Assembly (NCBI GenBank): GCA_964549305.1
Contig: CAZJVM010000003.1
Span: 31,380 to 95,379 of the forward strand
Reading direction: 5' to 3'
Origin: an uncultured bacterium
GTDB taxonomy: Bacteria > Schekmanbacteria > GWA2-38-11 > J061
Length of the DNA: 64,000 bases
Shown one piece after another: positions 27,703 through 36,768 of the stretch (positions are counted from its first letter, which is position 1; every line of letters starts with the position of its first letter). The notes beneath the pieces were generated by a model that was not told where the DNA came from, searched no databases, and saw nothing but the letters and a program-made list of their open reading frames with translations. The position numbers were made by a program, and so were the translations under genes.

Positions 27703-29616
27703 TTGTCGTCTAAAGACAGCAGAGCGTATCTTGCCGCAATATTCCTCATCTTTGTTTTTCATTTTGTCTGTGCCGCCGGATTTTTTTCCAATGTGGATAT
27801 AGATTCAGGATTTCCCGTATTGAATGACGATTACTCCATTCATTTCGGCCACGTGGACCCTGTAAAGGAATTCTTCAGGGACAGTTTCAGGTTGTGGGGA
27901 TATGACCCTTTTTATATGGCGGGATTGCCTAAGTCCACGGTTTTTGACGCAGACGCAAAGTCGCCGGAAATAATAGGTGTTATCTTTTCTTTTGCCGATT
28001 CGGCAACGGTTTACAATATCTATATCTTTCTGAATTACATTCTTGCTCCTCTGCTTTTTCTCTGGTCGATTTTCAATTTCGGATTAAGAAGATGGGGGCT
28101 TGCCACGGGATTTGCCGCAGGCGTATTTTACTGGTGGGCATATCCGGCATTCAGGTTCAATCTCGCGGGACAATTCGCATTCATCTTCGTATCTCATATT
28201 ACATTGCTTATATTTTCTCTCTTTTACCGTTATGTGGATTCCGGTAAATTCCGCTTCATAGCGCTTTGCGGTGTAATCGGAGCTATTGCCCTTTCGGTAC
28301 ACATCCTTGCGCCCATAAACATCGCGGTGGGGTCGCTCATCCTTTATGCAGTTGCCTTTAAAAAAATGAGCGGGAAACAACACGCGGGGCTTTTTGCCTG
28401 CCTTGCTTTTATTCTCATTGCGAACAGCCCCTGGGTGATACCTTTTATACGTTTCTACGGAATGAATAATCTTGCTGATATCGACTGGTTTTTCGGCGCC
28501 ACCAATCCTTTCTTTTTTCTCGAAGCGTATTTTCCCGGAGGGGCAATCTACAGATATCTTCGCCTCGCTATTTTGATTGCCTCGATTGGCGGTTTTATGA
28601 AATGGAAAAAAGAAAAAAATATCCTCTTTTATCCCGTGCTCGGCAACGCGCTCATACTTTTTATCTATTCATACTTCGGCGCCTATTCAACGCTTACATT
28701 TCTGCAAAATCCATGGCGCTACGAATTTGAACTGAATCTTTTTCTCCTTGCCCCGGCGGCAGTTTATCTGAATTCACTTTTTGAAAAGAACGGTTTCAGC
28801 AGAAAAATTTTACCTCTTGCCGTTTCCCTCTTCCTCATTGTCTGCCTTTTTCCGCTAAATGCTTTTAAGTCAGCAAAACGTCTCATTCCCCGTTACAGAA
28901 ATGAAAGAATTGTAAAATATGACCGTCTCACCCCTTTGAAAAACGGAGAGGTGGAGTATTCATACGAGGAACTTCCTCACTCATCGCTTCCTCCTGCGGG
29001 GTATGAGTTTATTGAATGGATTAAACGGAATACCACAAAAGATGCGCGGATAATGCTTGAAGATTCCTGCTGGCAGTCTCGTCACGCCTATTGGGGTTCG
29101 CATCTTCCGGCAATGCTTCCAACGCTCACCGGAAGGGAATATATCGGCGGGCCAATCCCACAGTATTTTATGGTGCACCATTATGCGAGTTTTCAGGACG
29201 GTTTTTTCTGCGGCAAGTATCTCGATGAATACGACGAAGAAGAATTCCTTGAAAAGACAGATCTCTATAACATCAAGTGGATAGTTGCCTTTACGCCCTA
29301 CTCGAGAAATTTTCTGGAAAAAATTCCGGAAAGAGTTCACCTTATTGACAGGGTTGATAAATTCTATCTTTACGAGATTACGCGAAAGCAGGATTTTTTC
29401 CTCGAGGGAAGGGGAGAGATAAAATCCGCTTACAATCACCTTTATCTTTCAGGGCTTTCCGAAGGCGAGGATATAATAATCAAATATCACTGGATAAAAA
29501 CGCTTAAAACATCGCCTCCGAGAAAGTTAAGCGAATTTAAAATAAAGGATGACCCTGTGGGCTTTATAAAGGTTGAGAATGTTCCCTCTGAGATTGAAAT
29601 CTATAACGGATATTAA
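27703..29616 (+). CDS. Large polytopic membrane protein with a C-terminal soluble domain (GT-C-like architecture).
   Basis: About 11 TM helices followed by a roughly 230-aa hydrophilic domain. Coupled to the DUF362 gene (15-nt gap). Confidence 0.35.
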   Translation: MSSKDSRAYLAAIFLIFVFHFVCAAGFFSNVDIDSGFPVLNDDYSIHFGHVDPVKEFFRDSFRLWGYDPFYMAGLPKSTVFDADAKSPEIIGVIFSFADSATVYNIYIFLNYILAPLLFLWSIFNFGLRRWGLATGFAAGVFYWWAYPAFRFNLAGQFAFIFVSHITLLIFSLFYRYVDSGKFRFIALCGVIGAIALSVHILAPINIAVGSLILYAVAFKKMSGKQHAGLFACLAFILIANSPWVIPFIRFYGMNNLADIDWFFGATNPFFFLEAYFPGGAIYRYLRLAILIASIGGFMKWKKEKNILFYPVLGNALILFIYSYFGAYSTLTFLQNPWRYEFELNLFLLAPAAVYLNSLFEKNGFSRKILPLAVSLFLIVCLFPLNAFKSAKRLIPRYRNERIVKYDRLTPLKNGEVEYSYEELPHSSLPPAGYEFIEWIKRNTTKDARIMLEDSCWQSRHAYWGSHLPAMLPTLTGREYIGGPIPQYFMVHHYASFQDGFFCGKYLDEYDEEEFLEKTDLYNIKWIVAFTPYSRNFLEKIPERVHLIDRVDKFYLYEITRKQDFFLEGRGEIKSAYNHLYLSGLSEGEDIIIKYHWIKTLKTSPPRKLSEFKIKDDPVGFIKVENVPSEIEIYNGY

Positions 29617-29631
29617 AGTATTTTAAAGGAG

Positions 29632-30915
29632 ATGCCTGTGAATATTTTTGAAGAAGCGAGCAAACGTCTCGATAAGGCGCTTCAACATATCGATGTAAGC
29701 GATGATGTATTCGAAAAGCTGAGGCACCCCAAGGCATCCCTCGAGGTTTCCGTGCCTGTGAGAATGGATAACGGAGAGCTCAGGACATTCAGCGGTTTCA
29801 GGGTAATTTATGACGATACGCGAGGCCCCGCAAAAGGCGGAATCCGCTACCATCCTTCCGCGTCACTCGATGAGGTAAAGGCGCTTGCATTCTGGATGAC
29901 ATTCAAATGCGCCGCGGCAAACATTCCTTATGGCGGCGCTAAGGGCGGTGTGGTAGTTGACCCTAAGAAACTTTCAAAGTTTGAACTTGAAAGACTCAGC
30001 CGGGGATATATCGACGCGATTGCCGATTTCATAGGTCCCAACAGGGACATTCCCGCCCCTGACGTTTATACCAATGCAATGATAATGGGCTGGATGGCTG
30101 ACCAGTACAATATCATAAGGCGCGCAAAGGTGCCCTGTGTAATCACGGGAAAACCCCTCGAGCTGGGCGGAAGTTTAGGCAGGGATGAGGCAACGGGACG
30201 GGGCGCTTATTATATTACGAGAGAAATGATTAAAGATTCAGGCAGGACGCCTTCCGATGTAACGGTTGCAGTGCAGGGATTCGGCAACGCGGGATATAAT
30301 GTGGCGCGTCTTCTGCATAATGACGGATTCAGGATTGTTGCAATAAGTGATTCTCAGGGAGGAATTTTTTCAGGCGACGGACTTATTCCCGACGACATTA
30401 AAAGATTCAAGAATGAAACAAGAAAGCTTGAAGCGGTGTATTGTGAGGGTTCGGTTTGCCATATTCAAAAGCACGACAAGATAACAAACGAAGAATTGCT
30501 TTCTCTCAACGTGGATGTGCTTATCCCCGCGGCGCTTGAAAACCAGATTGATGCCGGAAATGCAGGCAATGTGAAGGCAAAGACAATAGTCGAGGTTGCA
30601 AACGGTCCTGTGACAAATGAAGCCGATAAAATTTTAAATGAAAAAGGTATTCCTGTTGTGCCCGATATTATCGCAAACTCCGGCGGAGTGATTGTAAGCT
30701 ATTTTGAGTGGGTGCAGAACAGAAACGGCTACTACTGGACTTTGGATAAGGTAAACGCCACGCTTGAAGAGATGATAACTTCGGAATATAAAAAAATCGT
30801 CGATGTTTCCATATCAAAGAAAATAGATATCCGCACTGCCGCCTATGTTCACGCTCTCTCACGAATCGCCGGCGCCATAGAAGCAAAAGGAACCAAGGAT
30901 TTCTTCAGGAAATAG
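29632..30915 (+). CDS. gdhA: Glutamate dehydrogenase (Glu/Leu/Phe/Val dehydrogenase family).
   Basis: K-rich catalytic GGAKGGV block and a dinucleotide-binding GFGNAGY block. 427 aa. AGGAG RBS 8 nt upstream. Confidence 0.9.
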   Translation: MPVNIFEEASKRLDKALQHIDVSDDVFEKLRHPKASLEVSVPVRMDNGELRTFSGFRVIYDDTRGPAKGGIRYHPSASLDEVKALAFWMTFKCAAANIPYGGAKGGVVVDPKKLSKFELERLSRGYIDAIADFIGPNRDIPAPDVYTNAMIMGWMADQYNIIRRAKVPCVITGKPLELGGSLGRDEATGRGAYYITREMIKDSGRTPSDVTVAVQGFGNAGYNVARLLHNDGFRIVAISDSQGGIFSGDGLIPDDIKRFKNETRKLEAVYCEGSVCHIQKHDKITNEELLSLNVDVLIPAALENQIDAGNAGNVKAKTIVEVANGPVTNEADKILNEKGIPVVPDIIANSGGVIVSYFEWVQNRNGYYWTLDKVNATLEEMITSEYKKIVDVSISKKIDIRTAAYVHALSRIAGAIEAKGTKDFFRK

Positions 30916-30955
30916 CCTGACTTGTTGTTTGCTTTAGCGCAAGCTGACTGAAGAA

Positions 30956-32272
30956 TTATTTCCTTCCTCCTGCCGGCTTTTTACTGTGGACTTTATCTGC
31001 AGGTTTTCTTCTTTTTCTGGAAAAATTCCCTTTTCCCTGCGGCTTTCTTCTTGATCCCGTGTTGTGTGAAGTTTTTCCGCGAAAGGCGTGGGTTTTTTTA
31101 AATGCAGGTCTGGGCGGAATTTTGTAGTCGGTTTCTATAATATCATCGGTTACGGGGACTACTTCGATTTTAAGCTTTATATAATCTTCTATATCGGGAA
31201 GCGTATGAACATATTTTTCGCAGGCAAGAGTTATTGCCCGTCCTTCCGCGCCTGCCCTCGCAGTCCTTCCGATTCTGTGCACATAGTATTCCGGATCACC
31301 TGGAAGATCATAATTTATCACGTGCGTCACACCATCAATATGAATTCCCCTGCTTGCAACATCTGTTGCAATGAGAATGTTTAGAGTGCCGTCTTTAAAA
31401 TCAGAGAGGACTTTCATCCTTTTTTTCTGATTAAGGTCCCCGGTGATGGCGGCGGTTTTATGACCGTTAAAATTGAGAAGGCGGTCCAGTCTTTCCGCCG
31501 CGGCTTTTGTGTTGCAGAAAACAAGAAATTTTCCATTCTCTTCCGATTTTATTATTCCTAAAAGCAATCCCGTTTTTTCCGAAAGTCCCACGTGATAGAC
31601 TTCCTGTTTAATCTTTTCTACCGTTACCTGTTCAGGTGAGAGAGAGATTTTTTTCTTTATATCCATATGCTCGTAACATAACTCAAGTACGCGTCTTGAA
31701 AGCGTTGCGGAAAAGAGCATTGACTGCCTTTTGTCATAAGGTGGCATCCGTCGAAGAATGAAACGAATGTCCTTTATAAATCCCATATCGAAAAGACGGT
31801 CTGCTTCATCGATAATAAGAAACTGGGTTTTCGCGAGACTGTACACTCTCTGCTTGAGGTAATCTATAAGCCGTCCCGGTGTGCCTATTAGCATATCGAC
31901 ACCTTTTTCTATCTCTTTGCGCTGTTTGATGTAATCAATTCCCCCGTATACGGGAAGAATTTTAAAGTCCGTATGGCTTGCAAGAATTTTTGCCTCTGCG
32001 TCGATTTGTACTGCAAGCTCGCGAGTGGGCGCAATTATGAGCGAGCGCGGAGAAGGTCCCCGTCCCGGCGAGGGGATTTCAAGCATACGGGAGAATACGG
32101 CTATTAGAAAAGCGGCGGTTTTACCGGTGCCTGTCTGCGCCTGCGCGGCAATATCATTGCCCTGAAGCGCTTCAGGGAGGGTTTCCTCCTGTACGGGAGT
32201 GCATTCCTTAAAGCCTGCCGATTTGATTCCTTCAAGTATCTGGGGCTGTATATTAAGTTCGTCGAATTTCAT
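30956..32272 (-). CDS. DEAD-box ATP-dependent RNA helicase.
   Basis: Q-motif region, AQTGTGKT (motif I), DEAD, SAT, HRIGRTARAG. Basic R/K-rich C-terminal tail. Confidence 0.9.
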   Translation of the reverse strand: MKFDELNIQPQILEGIKSAGFKECTPVQEETLPEALQGNDIAAQAQTGTGKTAAFLIAVFSRMLEIPSPGRGPSPRSLIIAPTRELAVQIDAEAKILASHTDFKILPVYGGIDYIKQRKEIEKGVDMLIGTPGRLIDYLKQRVYSLAKTQFLIIDEADRLFDMGFIKDIRFILRRMPPYDKRQSMLFSATLSRRVLELCYEHMDIKKKISLSPEQVTVEKIKQEVYHVGLSEKTGLLLGIIKSEENGKFLVFCNTKAAAERLDRLLNFNGHKTAAITGDLNQKKRMKVLSDFKDGTLNILIATDVASRGIHIDGVTHVINYDLPGDPEYYVHRIGRTARAGAEGRAITLACEKYVHTLPDIEDYIKLKIEVVPVTDDIIETDYKIPPRPAFKKTHAFRGKTSHNTGSRRKPQGKGNFSRKRRKPADKVHSKKPAGGRK

Positions 32273-32471
32273 TTATTATTATCTTATACTATAAATAAGG
32301 GGGGAAAGGCAAACCTATTGAAGCGTTCCGTAATTTGACAATTTTACCCGGATATCTTTTTTAATTTATCTCGTTATATTTCATGTGAGACCATTGCTTT
32401 CCGGGATATTGGGAAAAGAGGTTTTGATACATCTTAACACGCTGATTATGACCGTCAGAATCGACCTATTC

Positions 32472-33233
32472 TTAAAACATCACAATCGGCGGAAGTGTCT
32501 GAAGAATCATCGCTTCAGGGGGAATGCCGATTTTAATTCCGGCAACGAATCCCTTATCCTCCACGAGGTTGAATTCAACCCATTGTCCGCGCGCAACAAG
32601 CATTGCCTCGCGGGCCTTTTTGTTAAGTTTTTTTCCTTTGGTACTCTCGATTATCTTTTTGTACGTCCTGATAAAAGTATTTCCTGTTTCCATTAAAAAA
32701 GGCATATCCTTCTCCGCCAAGTCAAAGGCAATTCCGAGTCCTCCTCCCCTCTGCTTGTTGCGGTAGATGGAATGGAAGAGATTTTTCAGATTTTCATTGA
32801 GGGCGCCGTAATTTTTTCCGTATTTTTTGCATAGCGCTTTCATCGATTTGATAAAAATTTCCCTTTCATCTTCTGATTCGAGAAATGGCGAAAGGTCGGT
32901 ATGCCCCATTAAGCGGCATTGTTTTTTTCTTTTCAACATTCTCAGACTAAGGGTGCCTACGGGCACTTCAGGATTAAAGGTGTGCGAGCATATTTCAAAT
33001 ACCCTAACGGAAGTTTTTTCATTATAACGGGGAATTACCATTGAAAAGCGCGTATCACTGATTGCCATCTTCTCGAGGACTTTTCCTCTTAATGTGTTTA
33101 CCTCCATAAAACCGTCTGCGATATCCCAACTTTTTGAATCGAATTTGGCTCTATCGTCCGCTTTTTTAAATGTGCTGATTGCCTTTTTCTTCGCCTTCTC
33201 CATAAACTTGTCAAAATCGGATATTGCAGTCAT
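32472..33233 (-). CDS. Oxygen-dependent coproporphyrinogen III oxidase (HemF family)-like.
   Basis: IYRNKQRGGGLGIAFDL and ARGQWVEFNLVEDKGFVAGIKIG...LPP align with HemF YLKHRNEQRGIGGLFFDDL and [24 protein letters not shown]...MPPL. It is about 45 aa shorter than E. coli HemF. Confidence 0.55.
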   Translation of the reverse strand: MTAISDFDKFMEKAKKKAISTFKKADDRAKFDSKSWDIADGFMEVNTLRGKVLEKMAISDTRFSMVIPRYNEKTSVRVFEICSHTFNPEVPVGTLSLRMLKRKKQCRLMGHTDLSPFLESEDEREIFIKSMKALCKKYGKNYGALNENLKNLFHSIYRNKQRGGGLGIAFDLAEKDMPFLMETGNTFIRTYKKIIESTKGKKLNKKAREAMLVARGQWVEFNLVEDKGFVAGIKIGIPPEAMILQTLPPIVMF

Positions 33234-33298
33234 TTGTCCTTCTCCCCCTTTTAATTTCAGTAAGCTAACAATAAATATTAACTGCTTTCAGGAAAGCT

Positions 33299-34213
33299 TT
33301 AAACATTGTTGCCTATGATTTCAAATACTTTTTCAGCACCAAGACCTTCAAGGCAATCCTTCTCTCTTCCTGCGTCAATAATATAAACATTTTCAACGGG
33401 AGGCGCCCATATTTCAGGCGCAGTGGGTCCGAATATTATAAAACTCTTAACTCTCAAACATCCCGCAAGATGGCTGATACCGGAATCATTGCCTATGTAA
33501 AACTTTGCCCCTTTAATGACAGAAGCAATCTTTAGCAGGGTTTCATTGTGAAGATGAATAAATCTTTCGGGAACCATTGCCCTAAGATATCCATCTGCCT
33601 CACCTGTTAAAAAAACAGGCGAAAGCGAATATTCCTTTTCAATAGTCTCTGCAAGGGCAATAAATTTTCCCATATTCCAGTTTTTCTTTTTTGAGCCGCT
33701 TCCCGGATGAATGCAAAAGTAATTCTCCGCAGGTTTCCATTCTTCGGCATAAGAAATGTTGATTTCGTATTCGGTATTTCTCCTGCCAATGCCAATTAAC
33801 TCAAGGGAATTAAGGTAGTGCTCATATATGTTAATTTTAAGTCCGTCTCTTATATTTCCCTTCCATGAAATTACTTTCCCGGTGGTATTTTTTCGCAGGT
33901 TTTTCGAAAACGTCCCTTTTGTGTCATCTATGTAGCTTACTATCAAATCTCTGCTTTCAAGATAATCTCTTGTCCTTCCCGTGCACGCCGAAGGCGAAGC
34001 AAAAAGCCCTGACAGGGCGAAGGAAATCCGCTCGATGACATTTGCTACATAAGGTTTTGCTTCCACAAGGCAGGCATAGGCGCTTTTGCAGGCGATATCG
34101 ATATTCGCCTCCTGATATTCCTTTCGAATGAGTTTAAGCGCGGGGAGAAAGGCGATGAAATCTCCCAATGAACCGGGAAAGATAATCAGGATTTTTTCTG
34201 TCTTCACCTGCAT
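33299..34213 (-). CDS. Glycosyltransferase family 9 (LPS heptosyltransferase-like).
   Basis: N-terminal KILIIFPGSLGDFIAFLPAL and C-terminal IGNDSGISHLAG motifs. Confidence 0.7.
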   Translation of the reverse strand: MQVKTEKILIIFPGSLGDFIAFLPALKLIRKEYQEANIDIACKSAYACLVEAKPYVANVIERISFALSGLFASPSACTGRTRDYLESRDLIVSYIDDTKGTFSKNLRKNTTGKVISWKGNIRDGLKINIYEHYLNSLELIGIGRRNTEYEINISYAEEWKPAENYFCIHPGSGSKKKNWNMGKFIALAETIEKEYSLSPVFLTGEADGYLRAMVPERFIHLHNETLLKIASVIKGAKFYIGNDSGISHLAGCLRVKSFIIFGPTAPEIWAPPVENVYIIDAGREKDCLEGLGAEKVFEIIGNNV

Positions 34214-34238
34214 CCGTCATTTGGATTGTAAAGCGAAT

Positions 34239-35351
34239 CTAAAACACAAGGGACTCAAGAGTTGCCGAGCAACCGTTGCACTTGGAACATCCCGAGTTTG
34301 TCCTTTCGGGATTAAGCCCGTATTTTTTAAGCAGGCCGGGCAATGCTCTGTATACCTTTATCACATCATCGGTTGCAGGCGGTTTTCTGTTTTCAAGCTC
34401 TGTGCCCGAAAGAGGCCTGAATACTGTTAGGTGGGGAATTGCTCCCGCGTTCGCGGTTGCTTCGATTCCCGCAATGGTGCTCTCAGGCGCCTCAAGCCCA
34501 ACGATAAGCCACGAGCTTGTCTGGTCTTTTCCGAATATTTCCGATGCCTGTGAAAGCGCAGTAAGATAACTGCTCAGCGGTATTTCGCCTTTGCCCGGGC
34601 ATATTTCCCTTCGTATCTTCTCATCATAGATTTCAATATTGAAACTTACCGAATCGAGTCCCGCATCTTTAAGGCGCAGAATTGTTTCCTTGTCCACGGG
34701 GCAAAGCTGAGCATAAACGGGCAATGAGCACGCTTCCTTAACCGCCCTGATGGTTTCCATATATTCGTCAGCCGATGTTGTCTCATTTTCGATTACGCCG
34801 GAATTGATGTTGATTTCCGTAATTTCGGAACCCAATATTCCCTTTTCATCTAAAAGTGTGAGTACTTCCTTAATCTCCTGCGGTTTCTTGATTGCGTAGT
34901 TGTCTCCGCCGTCAAGTGCGCAGAACTTGCATCCTTTCCCCTCCACCTTGTATGAACAGTAATTTGAAAGCGCAGTGCCCAAAATCGACGTGCTGTGCTG
35001 CTGCATTATATTTATAAGTTTCTGCCCGTTCGGAAGTTCGAAATCCGCCCATCGCGGAGGAGGCACCGGGTCTGCTCCGATTTTTATTCCCTTGCCCACA
35101 ATAAATCCTTTTCCATCTTCCTCTATGTATTTATAGGGGGAGTCCCCGGCGAATGATTCGCGCACGGCAAGGTTTGCCACGGTGCTGTAACCGTTAATGT
35201 CCAATCTGAAGCACTTGCCGTTTGAAAGGGATGCCCGTTTGTTTCTGTAGACTCTTGTGGGCAGTATGGACTTCATCGACTCGTTGCTGATATTCGGGTC
35301 GACTCCGATTCCGTTGCAGAAAAGTTCTATTTTAGTTCTCAGAGGGTCCAT
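34239..35351 (-). CDS. Putative radical SAM-like Fe-S enzyme with non-canonical cysteine spacing.
   Basis: CSYKVEGKGCKFCALDGG gives C-x8-C-x2-C rather than CxxxCxxC. A TIM-barrel-like middle region and a C-terminal CSKCNGC. About 130 aa of N-terminal extension. Confidence 0.35.
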   Translation of the reverse strand: MDPLRTKIELFCNGIGVDPNISNESMKSILPTRVYRNKRASLSNGKCFRLDINGYSTVANLAVRESFAGDSPYKYIEEDGKGFIVGKGIKIGADPVPPPRWADFELPNGQKLINIMQQHSTSILGTALSNYCSYKVEGKGCKFCALDGGDNYAIKKPQEIKEVLTLLDEKGILGSEITEININSGVIENETTSADEYMETIRAVKEACSLPVYAQLCPVDKETILRLKDAGLDSVSFNIEIYDEKIRREICPGKGEIPLSSYLTALSQASEIFGKDQTSSWLIVGLEAPESTIAGIEATANAGAIPHLTVFRPLSGTELENRKPPATDDVIKVYRALPGLLKKYGLNPERTNSGCSKCNGCSATLESLVF

Positions 35352-35525
35352 TCTGTTCCATTTCTATATGTCAAAATAAGCTTAGAAAAATAATGTTTCC
35401 ATAGATTCCGAAATATGCTTATACTGAAGCGGTCTTCTTTAAAGTTTGCGTGCCTTATACCTTATAGATTTTTTTGAATCAACAATCAATAAGGTGTTGC
35501 CTTCAAAAAGGGAGAGTGAATAAGT

Positions 35526-35792
35526 TTGCAGGGGAAAAATGTTTTTCTGATTCTGCTTTTTATAATCCTGGGAATGCTCGCGGGAAATGTTTTATCGGAA
35601 TTGTGCCTTCTTATTCCCGCAAAGGCGGTGCGAAATATATTCTCGGCGGGTTTTGACATCGGTTTTTCTCCCACCACATTGAAACTTCGCTTCATTACGC
35701 TGACTTTGGGCGGAAAACTTTTTTTCAATGCGGGTACGGTACTCGGAATAGTCTTTGCGGTTTTACTTTACAGATGGAGCAGTGGTAAATAA
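35526..35792 (+). CDS. Small membrane protein (DUF4321-like).
   Basis: 88 aa with two hydrophobic helices. Sits immediately upstream of the HD-domain gene. Confidence 0.3.
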   Translation: MQGKNVFLILLFIILGMLAGNVLSELCLLIPAKAVRNIFSAGFDIGFSPTTLKLRFITLTLGGKLFFNAGTVLGIVFAVLLYRWSSGK

Positions 35793-35794
35793 AA

Positions 35795-36754
35795 ATGTCT
35801 GAACAGAGAGTAAGCAGTTTAAAGGAAGGAGATTCGGTAGAAAGCAGTTATGCCGTAAAATGGATTCAGCTTTATCACAAGAAAAACGGCGAACCTTATC
35901 TTCGCCTTGTCTTCACTGACAAAACAGGCGAAGTCACGGGCATTTGCTGGAATTTCAGAAGCGAGTACGAAAACATCAAAGTCGATTCCGTATGCAGTAT
36001 TAAGGGTACCGTGGGAAAATATAAAGATAAACTGCAGATTACTATTTCTTCGATGAGCGTCGTAGATGATGAGGATGTGGACTTCGGGCTTTTTGTAAAA
36101 ACTTCGGATATGGATACCGAAACACTGGGAAGAGGATTAGATGAGGTCATTTCCCTCGTAAAAGAAGATTTTTTGAGGAAACTCATTTCCTCGTTCTTCG
36201 ACGATTCTGCCTTCAGAAGAAAGTTTTTAACCCATCCCGCGGCAAAATCCATTCATCATTCCTGGTCAGGCGGACTCGCCGAGCATACCATCGGAGTTTG
36301 CAGAATATGCTCTTCTCTTGCAGGGCAATATGAGCTTAACGGCGACCTGCTCATTACAAGCGCTCTCCTTCACGATATAGGAAAGGTTCGCGAGCTTAAA
36401 AACGGATTGACCGCAAACTATACCGATGAGGGTCGCCTCGTTGGACATATTACCCTTGGAGTCAATATGATTGGTGAGAAGATTGCAGAGATAGGGGATT
36501 TTCCAGCGGATATTTCAAACGAGCTGAAACACGCTGTTTTAAGCCATCACGGCGAGCTTGAATTCGGGTCGCCCATCAGACCTATGACTATTGAAGCGTT
36601 AGCCCTTCACTATGCCGACAATACGGATTCCAAGATTTCAGCTTTCAAAGGGTGGATTAAGGAAAAGCCCGATATGAGTGACCCCAAGTGGACTCAGTTC
36701 TGGCCTGTAATGGACAGATTCATTTACCGGAATTCAGAATCAGATACCGAATAG
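35795..36754 (+). CDS. OB-fold plus HD-domain phosphohydrolase (YhaM-like 3'-5' exoribonuclease family).
   Basis: N-terminal OB-fold-like region. HD motifs HHSWSGGLAEHT and LLHDIGK. Confidence 0.65.
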   Translation: MSEQRVSSLKEGDSVESSYAVKWIQLYHKKNGEPYLRLVFTDKTGEVTGICWNFRSEYENIKVDSVCSIKGTVGKYKDKLQITISSMSVVDDEDVDFGLFVKTSDMDTETLGRGLDEVISLVKEDFLRKLISSFFDDSAFRRKFLTHPAAKSIHHSWSGGLAEHTIGVCRICSSLAGQYELNGDLLITSALLHDIGKVRELKNGLTANYTDEGRLVGHITLGVNMIGEKIAEIGDFPADISNELKHAVLSHHGELEFGSPIRPMTIEALALHYADNTDSKISAFKGWIKEKPDMSDPKWTQFWPVMDRFIYRNSESDTE

Positions 36755-36768
36755 ATTCGGGCTGATAG

